Assembly: GCA_963810775.1 (NCBI GenBank)
Contig: CAWEOT010000005.1
Span: 113,720-177,719 of the forward strand
Origin: an uncultured Gammaproteobacteria bacterium
GTDB lineage: Bacteria; Pseudomonadota; Gammaproteobacteria; Steroidobacterales; Steroidobacteraceae
Direction of reading: 5' to 3'
DNA length: 64,000 nt
Shown piece by piece: positions 30,399 to 37,534 of this stretch (within the stretch, counting starts at the first letter, position 1; every line of letters starts with the position of its first letter). The notes under the pieces were generated by a model. The model saw nothing but the letters and a program-made list of their open reading frames with translations. It ran no database searches and was not told where the DNA came from. The translations under genes were made by a program, and so were the position numbers.

Positions 30399-31900
30399 GA
30401 CAGGTCTATCCAGGTGGTCTTGAGCTCAACGTACTTATCGAAGGCGTGCAGCGATTTGTCGCGACCGTTGCCCGACTGCTTGAAACCGCCGAAGGGCACT
30501 GTGATGTCGTCGGCGTCGTAGCAATTTACATACACCGTGCCAGCGCGCAGGGCGCGAGCGACGCGATGCGCCGTCGTGATGTCGCGTGTCCACACCGCCG
30601 CGACCAGGCCGTAGATCACATCGTTCGCGATGCCGAGCGCTTCCTCGACAGTCTTGAAGGTCAGGGTCGCGAGAACCGGCCCGAAGATCTCCTCACGCGC
30701 GATCTTCATCCGCGGCGTCACGGCATCGAAAACGGTGGGTTCGACGTAGAAACCGCCGCTGTTCTCGCGCGCCCTGCTTCCACCCAATGCCACGCGCGCA
30801 CCTTCGCTCTTACCGGAATCGATATAGCGCAACACAGTGTTGAGCTGGGTTTCATCGACGATGGCACCGAGGGTCGTCTTCGGATCGAGCGGGTCGCCTG
30901 GCTGCATGGTGCGCGCAATCGCGGCGATCTTTTCCAGCACCTGGTCGTGGACCGATTCCTGCACGATGAGGCGCGAGCCCGCCGAGCACATCTCGCCCTG
31001 ATTGAAAAAGATCGCGAAGGCCGCGGCCCGCGCCGCACGATCCAGGTCGGAGCAGTCCGCCATGATGATGTTCGGCGACTTGCCGCCACACTCCAGCCAC
31101 ACGCGCTTCAGGTTCGACTGTCCCGCGTATTGCAGCATCAATCGCCCGGTCGCTGTGGATCCGGTGAAGGCGATGCAATCCACATCCATGTGCAGCGCGA
31201 GCGCCTTGCCGGCGGTCTGGCCGAAGCCGGGCAATACGTTCAGCACGCCTTCCGGAAGGCCCGCTTCACTTGCGAGTTCAGCAACGCGGATCGCGGTGAG
31301 CGGCGATTTTTCGGAGGGTTTCAGCACCACCGAATTGCCGGCGGCAAGAGCAGGACCGAGCTTCCACGAGGCCATGAGCAGCGGGAAATTCCACGGCACG
31401 ATTGCGCCGACCACGCCGACCGGCTCTCGTGTCACCAATGCCAGGGCATCATGCCCGGTCGGTGCCACTTCGTCGTAGATCTTGTCGATCGCCTCGGCGA
31501 ACCAGGTGATGCAGCGCGCCGCCGCAGGAATATCTATGCGCGTGCTATCCGCAATTGGCTTGCCCATGTCGAGCGTTTCGAGCAGCGCCAGTTCTTCAGT
31601 GTGCTTCAGGATCAGCTCGGCAAACTTGAGCAGCACGCGTTTGCGACGGCTTGGCGCCATGCGTGCCCAGGTTCCCTTGTTGAACGCGCCGCGTGCCGCG
31701 GCGACGGCCGCATCGACATCCGCACTGTCCGTTGCCGCAACCCTGGCAAGACGCCGACCGTCGATCGGGCTCAGGCAGTCGAAAGTTTCACCGGACGCAG
31801 CATCGAGATAGCGCCCGTTGATGAAGGCCTGCGCGCGCGGACGAACTGCGTCAGCAAGTGAGTGCCAGTCGGGTGTCGTTGCCGTGGTGGAGGTGGACAT
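30395..31900 (-). CDS. puuC: Gamma-glutamyl-gamma-aminobutyraldehyde dehydrogenase
   Basis: 501 aa, collinear with E. coli PuuC (LALLETLDMGKPI, VPWNFPLLM, LECGGKSPNI, EEIFGPVL, PFGGFKQSGNGRDKSLHA). 4-nt overlap with the aguB start. Confidence 0.85.
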   Translation of the reverse strand: MSTSTTATTPDWHSLADAVRPRAQAFINGRYLDAASGETFDCLSPIDGRRLARVAATDSADVDAAVAAARGAFNKGTWARMAPSRRKRVLLKFAELILKHTEELALLETLDMGKPIADSTRIDIPAAARCITWFAEAIDKIYDEVAPTGHDALALVTREPVGVVGAIVPWNFPLLMASWKLGPALAAGNSVVLKPSEKSPLTAIRVAELASEAGLPEGVLNVLPGFGQTAGKALALHMDVDCIAFTGSTATGRLMLQYAGQSNLKRVWLECGGKSPNIIMADCSDLDRAARAAAFAIFFNQGEMCSAGSRLIVQESVHDQVLEKIAAIARTMQPGDPLDPKTTLGAIVDETQLNTVLRYIDSGKSEGARVALGGSRARENSGGFYVEPTVFDAVTPRMKIAREEIFGPVLATLTFKTVEEALGIANDVIYGLVAAVWTRDITTAHRVARALRAGTVYVNCYDADDITVPFGGFKQSGNGRDKSLHAFDKYVELKTTWIDLS

Positions 31901-31911
31901 GACAGCTGGTC

Positions 31912-32460
31912 TCAGAATGTCGGCGGGCAGCTGGCGCTGATGATCTCACACTCCTCACGACCGGCATTTCGGAACCGATGCGGTACGGCGCTCGAGAAGT
32001 AGTAGGCATCGCCAGTCTCGAGCACGCGTGTCGCCGCGCCAACTGTCAGCTCCACGCGTCCGCGAATCACTACGCCGCCTTCTTCGCCCTTGTGACTCAA
32101 CATGTCGGCGCCCGTGTCCGCCCCCGGAGAATAGCGTTCATGCAAAATAGCGAGCGTGCGATTGGGCCGCTTGGCCGCTACCAGACGCAGAGAAACATCA
32201 CCACTGCCGAGGTCGGTGAGCTCGGCGCGGCTGTAGAAGACCTGCGGCCCCACGCCCAGATCGAGGGTGAAAAATTCCGCGAGTGACATTGGAATGCCGT
32301 CGAGAACCTTCTTTAGCGAGCTTACCGAGGGGCTGACCCGATTCTGCTCGATGAGAGAGATCATGCCGTTGGTGACGCCCGCCCGCTTGGCGAGCTCCCG
32401 TTGCGAAAGCCCATACATTCCACGCACTGCGCGCAGATGCGCGCCCACATCGATGGTCAT
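31912..32460 (-). CDS. puuR: HTH (XRE) plus cupin transcriptional repressor, PuuR-like
   Basis: ORF trimmed to ATG 32460. HTH segment LSQRELAKRAGVTNGMISLIEQN followed by a C-terminal cupin (GDAYYFSSAVPHRFRN). Sits directly upstream of puuC. Confidence 0.75.
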   Translation of the reverse strand: MTIDVGAHLRAVRGMYGLSQRELAKRAGVTNGMISLIEQNRVSPSVSSLKKVLDGIPMSLAEFFTLDLGVGPQVFYSRAELTDLGSGDVSLRLVAAKRPNRTLAILHERYSPGADTGADMLSHKGEEGGVVIRGRVELTVGAATRVLETGDAYYFSSAVPHRFRNAGREECEIISASCPPTF

Positions 32461-32475
32461 GCGCCGATACCCGCT

Positions 32476-32491
32476 GTTTAAGATAATTAAC
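32476..32491. promoter_or_regulatory. AT-rich 16-mer GTTTAAGATAATTAAC, 16 nt upstream of the puuR start; candidate PuuR operator
   Basis: Matches the 25318..25333 site at 15 of 16 positions. Lies in the puuR / transaminase divergent promoter region. Confidence 0.5.
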
Positions 32492-32496
32492 GATGT

Positions 32497-32518
32497 GGGC
32501 CAAATTTGGGCCAGATTT
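32497..32518. repeat. Tandem 11-bp direct repeat GGGCCAAATTT GGGCCAGATTT
   Basis: Read directly from the sequence. One mismatch between copies and a helical-turn period. Located in the puuR / transaminase intergenic region. Confidence 0.6.
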
Positions 32519-32570
32519 GTCGCTGGTGTCAATTTTTCTTAACCTCTAGCCTTCACTCCGGAGCACATCG

Positions 32571-34007
32571 ATGAACACCGCACCCCTGCCGCCCCACATT
32601 CCGCGCTCCGACCTCGAGGCGTGGTGGATGCCTTTCACCCCCAACCGCCAGTTCAAGGCAAATCCGCGACTGCTCGCGCGCGCCGACGGCATGTACTACT
32701 GGAGTACCGACGGACGCCGCATTCTCGACGGGGCGGCCGGTCTGTGGTGTGTAAACGCCGGCCACAATCGTCGCGAGATCGCCGAAGCCGTGCATCGGCA
32801 ACTGGTCACTCTCGACTATGCACCCTCGTTTCAGATCGGGCACCCGGCTGCATTCGAGCTTGCCAATCGGCTCACGCGCATCGCTCCCACCGGGTTCGAT
32901 CATGTGTTCTTTACCAACTCGGGTTCCGAGTCCGTCGACACGGCACTCAAGATCGCGCTCGCCTATCACCGGGCTCGCGGCGAGGGACAACGCCAGCGCC
33001 TGATCGGGCGCGAGAAGGCGTATCACGGTGTCGGTTTCGGCGGCATGTCGGTCGGCGGCATGGTCAATAATCGCAAGGCGTTCGGGACGCTGCTCGCTGG
33101 CGTCGATCACCTGCCTCATACCCTCGATCTCGGGCGCAACGCCTTTTCCAAGGGATTGCCAGAGCATGGCGTGGAGCGGGCCGATGAGCTCGAGCGGCTG
33201 GTGGCGCTGCACGATGCTTCGACCATCGCCGCCGTCATTGTCGAACCGGTCTCAGGATCGGCAGGCGTGATCCTTCCACCCAAGGGCTACCTCAAGCGGC
33301 TGCGCGAGATCTGCGACAAGTACGGCATTCTCCTCATCTTCGATGAAGTCATCACCGGCTTCGGACGCCTGGGCTCGCCCTTCGGCGCGCAGGAATTCGA
33401 TGTCCTGCCCGACCTCATCACGGCGGCCAAGGGACTGACGAACGGCTGCGTGCCGATGGGAGCGGTGTTCGCGCGCAAGTTCGTTTACGACGCCTTCATG
33501 CAGGGCCCGGAGAGCGGCATCGAGCTGTTCCACGGCTACACCTACTCGGCGCATCCGGTCGCATGCGCAGCCGCGCTCGCGACGCTCTACATTTATCAGC
33601 ACGAGGGTCTGCTCACGCGCGCAAGCGAACTCTCGCCGTATTGGGAGCAGGCCCTGCACAGCCTCAAGGGACTGCCAAGCGTGCTCGACCTGCGCAACTA
33701 CGGACTAATCGGCGCGATCGAGCTCGAAGCGAGGCCCGACGGCAGCTCGCGCGCCTTCGAACTGTTCACGCGCTGCTTCGACCAGGGGGTGCTGACGCGC
33801 GTGACTGGAAACGTGCTCGCGCTGTCGCCGCCGCTGATCATCGAGAAGAGTCACATCGACGAGCTGTTCGGGCGGATCGGTGAAGTGATCCGCACGCTGC
33901 AAGTAAACGGAGAGAGGGCGCGGCGCCCTCTCTCCGGGTTGCTCAACTACCTTTTTCCCACGGGAACGTGGTCGAGATCGAAAAGATCACGCGGCCTTCG
34001 TTGTTGA
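32571..34007 (+). CDS. Class-III (omega-amino acid:pyruvate type) aminotransferase; the 3' boundary is doubtful
   Basis: 478-aa ORF. WWMPFTPNRQFKANPRLL, GLWCVNAGHNRREI, DEVITGFGRLG. The conserved body ends near codon 444 (..EVIRTLQ). The last 34 codons run through a perfect hairpin and overlap the convergent gene. Confidence 0.85.
   Translation: MNTAPLPPHIPRSDLEAWWMPFTPNRQFKANPRLLARADGMYYWSTDGRRILDGAAGLWCVNAGHNRREIAEAVHRQLVTLDYAPSFQIGHPAAFELANRLTRIAPTGFDHVFFTNSGSESVDTALKIALAYHRARGEGQRQRLIGREKAYHGVGFGGMSVGGMVNNRKAFGTLLAGVDHLPHTLDLGRNAFSKGLPEHGVERADELERLVALHDASTIAAVIVEPVSGSAGVILPPKGYLKRLREICDKYGILLIFDEVITGFGRLGSPFGAQEFDVLPDLITAAKGLTNGCVPMGAVFARKFVYDAFMQGPESGIELFHGYTYSAHPVACAAALATLYIYQHEGLLTRASELSPYWEQALHSLKGLPSVLDLRNYGLIGAIELEARPDGSSRAFELFTRCFDQGVLTRVTGNVLALSPPLIIEKSHIDELFGRIGEVIRTLQVNGERARRPLSGLLNYLFPTGTWSRSKRSRGLRC
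33909..33935. terminator. Perfect 12-bp hairpin between the convergent transaminase and TorF-like genes (probably a bidirectional terminator)
   Basis: GGAGAGAGGGCG CGG CGCCCTCTCTCC. It starts 3 nt after an out-of-frame TAA (33904..33906) and ends 8 nt before the TorF-like stop (33943). Confidence 0.55.
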
Positions 34008-34649
34008 AGGGATCATTGTTGTTGTGAACGTCAGTCTCGTTGTCGACGTACTTCAGCAGCATGTTGAAGTTCCCCAGCGCGTAGCCGACGCCAACGGACC
34101 AGTCGATGGACTCGTCACCGTTGATATCTTTCCAGTAATCGCCGTAGTTGTAGCCGACATGGGCGTGCACTGAGAAGTTGGCAGGCAAGGTCGTGGTCGA
34201 AGTTGCCCTCGAGGTACCAGGCATCGACATTCAGGTTGCCGTAGTCGTTCGTGTACCAGAGCTTCGCACCGAAAGACTGATAGCTGCCGCCGACGAAGAT
34301 CTCCGGATATTCGACGTTGTCACCGTCCGGCCAGTAGTAGTAGTAAACGAAGCCCGCCGACCAGCCGAAGCCTTCCTCAGCTCCACCGGTGATGCCGAAG
34401 TACAGATCGGTTTCCCAATCCGCGTCCGTATCCCGGGCCAAAATCCAGACTACTGCTGGCCCACAGACCGGCGTAGAAACCACTCTCGTTCGCCCAGTCG
34501 ACACTGCCCTGCAACGCAGGATCGGTACCGGACAGGCTGACGCCACGAAAATCATAGTCGCTCACGGCAGTGACGGTTCCCGTCACCTGGGCCTGAACCG
34601 CTCCCGTTGCCAGGAGAAGACCCGCTGCGATCGCAATATAGCTCCGCAT
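33943..34649 (-). pseudogene. TorF-family (Gcw_chp) putative outer-membrane porin, split over three frames by two frameshifts
   Basis: Three overlapping ORFs (34377..35003, 34115..34555, 33943..34230) join into one beta-barrel protein: MRSYIAIAAGLLLATGAVQA|QVTGTVTAVSDYDFRGVSLSGTDPALQGSVDWANESGFYAGLWASS.. / ..RDTDADWETDLYFGITGG..AKLWYTNDYGNLNVDAWYLE.. / ..TTLPANFSVHAHVGYNYGDYW..RVIFSISTTFPW. Family name from memory. Confidence 0.65.
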
Positions 34650-35057
34650 GAACATCTCCTCAGTGGAAGTCCGATGAGACCCCCTTGTGTTGCGCGCCGG
34701 CATCATAGCAGCGCCGCATGCCCGCGGCACGCGCAAGACGTTTCGAGGAAGGTTGTCGCTGAGATGCAACGCGAACCCGGAGAGTTGGCAGTCCTGTTCC
34801 GGGCTCGCGTGCAGGGGGGCCGTATCAATCTTTCTTGAGCGCCGCGCATTGAAGAACTCCCATTGTTTGTCCGACGTGATCTGCATCTTTGCAGAAAGCA
34901 TGCCACGCGCCGTCGCATCGCTGCGGGCCGCGGTTCGCGGTGCCAGGCGCGAGAAAATAGCTGCAAGTGCACGCTGATTGGGCGGCGCACTGCGCCCGTG
35001 CACCGATGCAGCAAACTTCGGGTAGCACAGCGCGCCGAAACGGCGCGCGTATCCGCC

Positions 35058-35429
35058 TCAGGATGGAGCGGACCGTTCGAAGATCGCGTAGAGCTTGCGG
35101 CAGTCTTCGAGGACTTCCCACGTGCCTTCGAATCCGCCCGGCACCACGAAGCTGTCCCCGGCGGCGAACTCCCACTGTTCGCCAGCCGCGCTGATCACGC
35201 GCACGCGTCCTTGGGTCATGTAGCAGAACTCGTGCTCGACATAGCGCACACGCCACTTGCCACGCGTGCTGGCCCATACTCCGGCAAAGAATTGATTACT
35301 CTCATCAGCGTAGTGATTCCAGACCGTGAGTTGCGGTTTGCCCGAGAGCAGCCGATCCGCGTCCGGAGTGGAAAGCTGGGCAGTGACGGTGTCGCGAAAC
35401 GAGACGATGCGGGGCTGGGAAGTTTTCAT
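35058..35429 (-). CDS. Small cupin-domain protein (DUF861-like)
   Basis: 123 aa. A single cupin barrel (EFCYMTQGRVRVISAAGEQWEFAAGDSFVVPGGFEGTWEV). Confidence 0.6.
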   Translation of the reverse strand: MKTSQPRIVSFRDTVTAQLSTPDADRLLSGKPQLTVWNHYADESNQFFAGVWASTRGKWRVRYVEHEFCYMTQGRVRVISAAGEQWEFAAGDSFVVPGGFEGTWEVLEDCRKLYAIFERSAPS

Positions 35430-35446
35430 CGTAGAGACTCGCGGGT

Positions 35447-35542
35447 CGGAGTTCGGGGCGGCCGGGGTATTCGATCACGAGCGTCACGCCACAGTTGGCG
35501 GGCTGTCAAGCAGCGCGAAGCGTCGTGCCACCCCGAACTCCG
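35447..35542. repeat. 12-bp perfect inverted repeat (CGGAGTTCGGGG / CCCCGAACTCCG) enclosing 72 nt
   Basis: Read directly from the sequence. Lies between the ompA-like stop (35549) and the cupin gene start (35429). Confidence 0.6.
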
Positions 35543-35548
35543 GAGCCG

Positions 35549-36301
35549 TCACGGGTCGGTCGTCGGATCTGTGGCGCTCTGTGCGACCTGGGCGTTCGCA
35601 CCCTCGAGCGTGATGACCACGCGCCGATTAAGCGCATAGCCATCGACGTCGCCCTCGGGAGTGGTCACGCCGTCCTCCCCGTGTGCAACAACAATGATGC
35701 GGCTGTCAGCGATGCCACCCGCCATGAGAGCCGCACGCACCGCTTCGGCACGGTCACCGGACAGTTTCAGGTTATCGGTCTCAGTGCCGCGGGGGTCCGT
35801 GTAACCATCGACCTTCACGATCACATCCGGCATCCGAGTCAGCGCCTGGGCGAGCTGTGTGAGCTGGGCTTCGGTGTCGCCGCTGAGCGTGCTGTCGTTG
35901 GTCCGAAAGAGCACGTCGCCGCGCATGCTCTCGCGTACGCCCGGCGGCAGCGACTGCGTGCGCAACTCGTCGCTCAGCGCCGCCACGCGCTCCTGCGAAC
36001 CGCGCAGTTCTTGAGCCAGTTGCGTGACCGTCTGATCGGATTCCTTCAATCGCTGGTCGAGTGTGGCGAGTTGCTGCTTCCTGGCATCGAAACGATGCCC
36101 GAGCAGGGCGCCCACAGTCATTCCGGCGATCGCGCCCAGCGGGCCGCCGGCGACCGCGCCGATAGCCATGCCGCTGAAAACGCCGATGGTCTCTTCTTTC
36201 TGGCTGGGCTTGGGCGCATCCGGCGCTGCGTTCGCAGTGGCGGAAGCGACGAGGGCCGCGAGCCCCGCGCTTATGACAATGGTCGTGTATCTCGGTTTCA
36301 T
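35549..36301 (-). CDS. OmpA-family protein with a glycine-zipper and coiled-coil N-terminal part
   Basis: ORF trimmed to ATG 36301. Signal MKPRYTTIVISAGLAALVASATANA, Gly-zipper GMAIGAVAGGPLGAIAGMTVGALLG, and an OmpA_C domain (VDGYTDPRGTETDNLKLSGDRAEAV..NRRVVI). Confidence 0.75.
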   Translation of the reverse strand: MKPRYTTIVISAGLAALVASATANAAPDAPKPSQKEETIGVFSGMAIGAVAGGPLGAIAGMTVGALLGHRFDARKQQLATLDQRLKESDQTVTQLAQELRGSQERVAALSDELRTQSLPPGVRESMRGDVLFRTNDSTLSGDTEAQLTQLAQALTRMPDVIVKVDGYTDPRGTETDNLKLSGDRAEAVRAALMAGGIADSRIIVVAHGEDGVTTPEGDVDGYALNRRVVITLEGANAQVAQSATDPTTDP

Positions 36302-36388
36302 GTCGGTTCTCCGGTTGCCTTGAGGGTGTGCAGGACCTCGCGGTCCTTTCGAGGCTCCATTGCAACTGCGGATTGGGCTGAGGCCGGG

Positions 36389-36400
36389 TCGCAATTGCGA
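36389..36400. promoter_or_regulatory. Perfect 12-bp palindrome TCGCAATTGCGA followed by three GTGGCG(AA) direct repeats
   Basis: Palindrome read directly from the sequence. GTGGCGAA at 36405 and 36418, GTGGCGC at 36428. Lies in the divergent region between the ompA-like gene and the 36464 ORF. Confidence 0.45.
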
Positions 36401-36463
36401 CGCGGTGGCGAAGAATCGTGGCGAATTGTGGCGCTCTTGAACGCTGGCGTAGCGGGCTGAACA

Positions 36464-37378
36464 ATGGGCCGCATGCCAATCATCGAGAGCGATCCCTGGC
36501 GCGAACAGTATTTTGCGCGCGTACCGTGCCCCGACGGTGTCGTCGTTCCGACCGATGACATGGAGAGCTGGCGCTGTTTTCCCGCACAACGCTGGGTCTT
36601 CAACAAGCTGCTGATCTGCGAAACGCAGGGTATCGAGCATGGCCCGCATGGCATCGAGCCGCAGCACTATCCGGTCTTCAGCAAGCCGATCTACAACCTG
36701 CGCGGCATGGGTGCGGGAAGCCGGGTGATCGAGTCCCGTGCGGATTACGTCGCCTCACAAACACCCGGGCACCTGTGGATGCAACTGTTCGAAGGCGAAC
36801 ATCTCAGCAGCGATGCCGCGGTGATCGACGGTGAGGCCGTCTGGTGGCGTCATGCACGAGGAGATTCTGCGGGCGGCGGCACCTTCGATCACTGGCTGGT
36901 GATGGGCGCTTCGCGGCCGGGGCTCGAGGCCTCTTTGGGTGCGTGGCTGCGATCGAACCTGCGCGGCTATACCGGCATGGTGAATCTTGAAACCATCGAC
37001 GGCGCGATTATCGAGTGCCATCTGCGTTTCACTGACCAATGGCCGGATTTGTACGGCGGCGACGCGTGGGTCGGCGCGGTTGTGAATCTCCACGCCACGG
37101 GGCGCTGGCAATACGAAGAGCGAGACCGGCGCGACGGCTTCAGTGTCGTCGCGTGGGGACCGCATTCGGCGCCGCGTCGCGCGCCGCCCGATGCATTGGT
37201 CGCATCGCTTCTCGAGGTGTCGTCACTCTCGAGTGTCCAGATCACGTTCCATTCGGACGACCCGGAGGCTGCGCATGCCATGCCTTCGGGCGGTTTTCGC
37301 CTCGCGGTTGTCAATTGCTGGGCGCTGGATGCGGGGCGGAAGGCCGTGAAGCAGCTGCGCGAGGCCATTCTCACCTAG
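36464..37378 (+). CDS. Conserved hypothetical protein, possibly ATP-grasp-like
   Basis: 304-aa ORF with good coding character. PVFSKPIYNLRGMGAGS and GMVNLETIDGAIIECHLRF recall ATP-grasp strands. The resemblance is weak and unverified. Confidence 0.45.
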   Translation: MGRMPIIESDPWREQYFARVPCPDGVVVPTDDMESWRCFPAQRWVFNKLLICETQGIEHGPHGIEPQHYPVFSKPIYNLRGMGAGSRVIESRADYVASQTPGHLWMQLFEGEHLSSDAAVIDGEAVWWRHARGDSAGGGTFDHWLVMGASRPGLEASLGAWLRSNLRGYTGMVNLETIDGAIIECHLRFTDQWPDLYGGDAWVGAVVNLHATGRWQYEERDRRDGFSVVAWGPHSAPRRAPPDALVASLLEVSSLSSVQITFHSDDPEAAHAMPSGGFRLAVVNCWALDAGRKAVKQLREAILT

Positions 37379-37379
37379 C

Positions 37380-37532
37380 TGTCAGATTTGCATGGGCGGC
37401 CATCGGGTGACAGACCTGCCGCCAGCGCCGGATCACGCTCACTGCTGCAGTGCCTTACAAGACAAACCCGCGAACATTGAAGCCGGCGCCGTCGGCAGGT
37501 GTCACCCGACGTCCACCCATGCAAATCTGACA
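37380..37532. repeat. 153-nt rod-like inverted-repeat element (17-bp perfect terminal arms plus nested stems)
   Basis: TGTCAGATTTGCATGGG (37380..37396) is the exact reverse complement of 37516..37532. Nested stems: 37405..37411 with 37501..37507, 37414..37421 with 37493..37500, and 37425..37431 with 37483..37489. It fills the gap between stop codons at 37376..37378 and 37535..37537. Confidence 0.8.
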
Positions 37533-37534
37533 AC

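Noticed and set aside
34334-34345. (GTA)4 trinucleotide repeat as a phase-variation tract
   Set aside because: It is in frame, encodes YYYY inside the beta-barrel (FVYYYYWPDG), and is too short for slipped-strand switching.
34650-35003. Upstream extension of the 208-aa minus-strand ORF
   Set aside because: TorF-like homology and a canonical signal peptide begin at MRSYIAIAAG (ATG 34649, GAGGAG upstream). The extension has no coding character.
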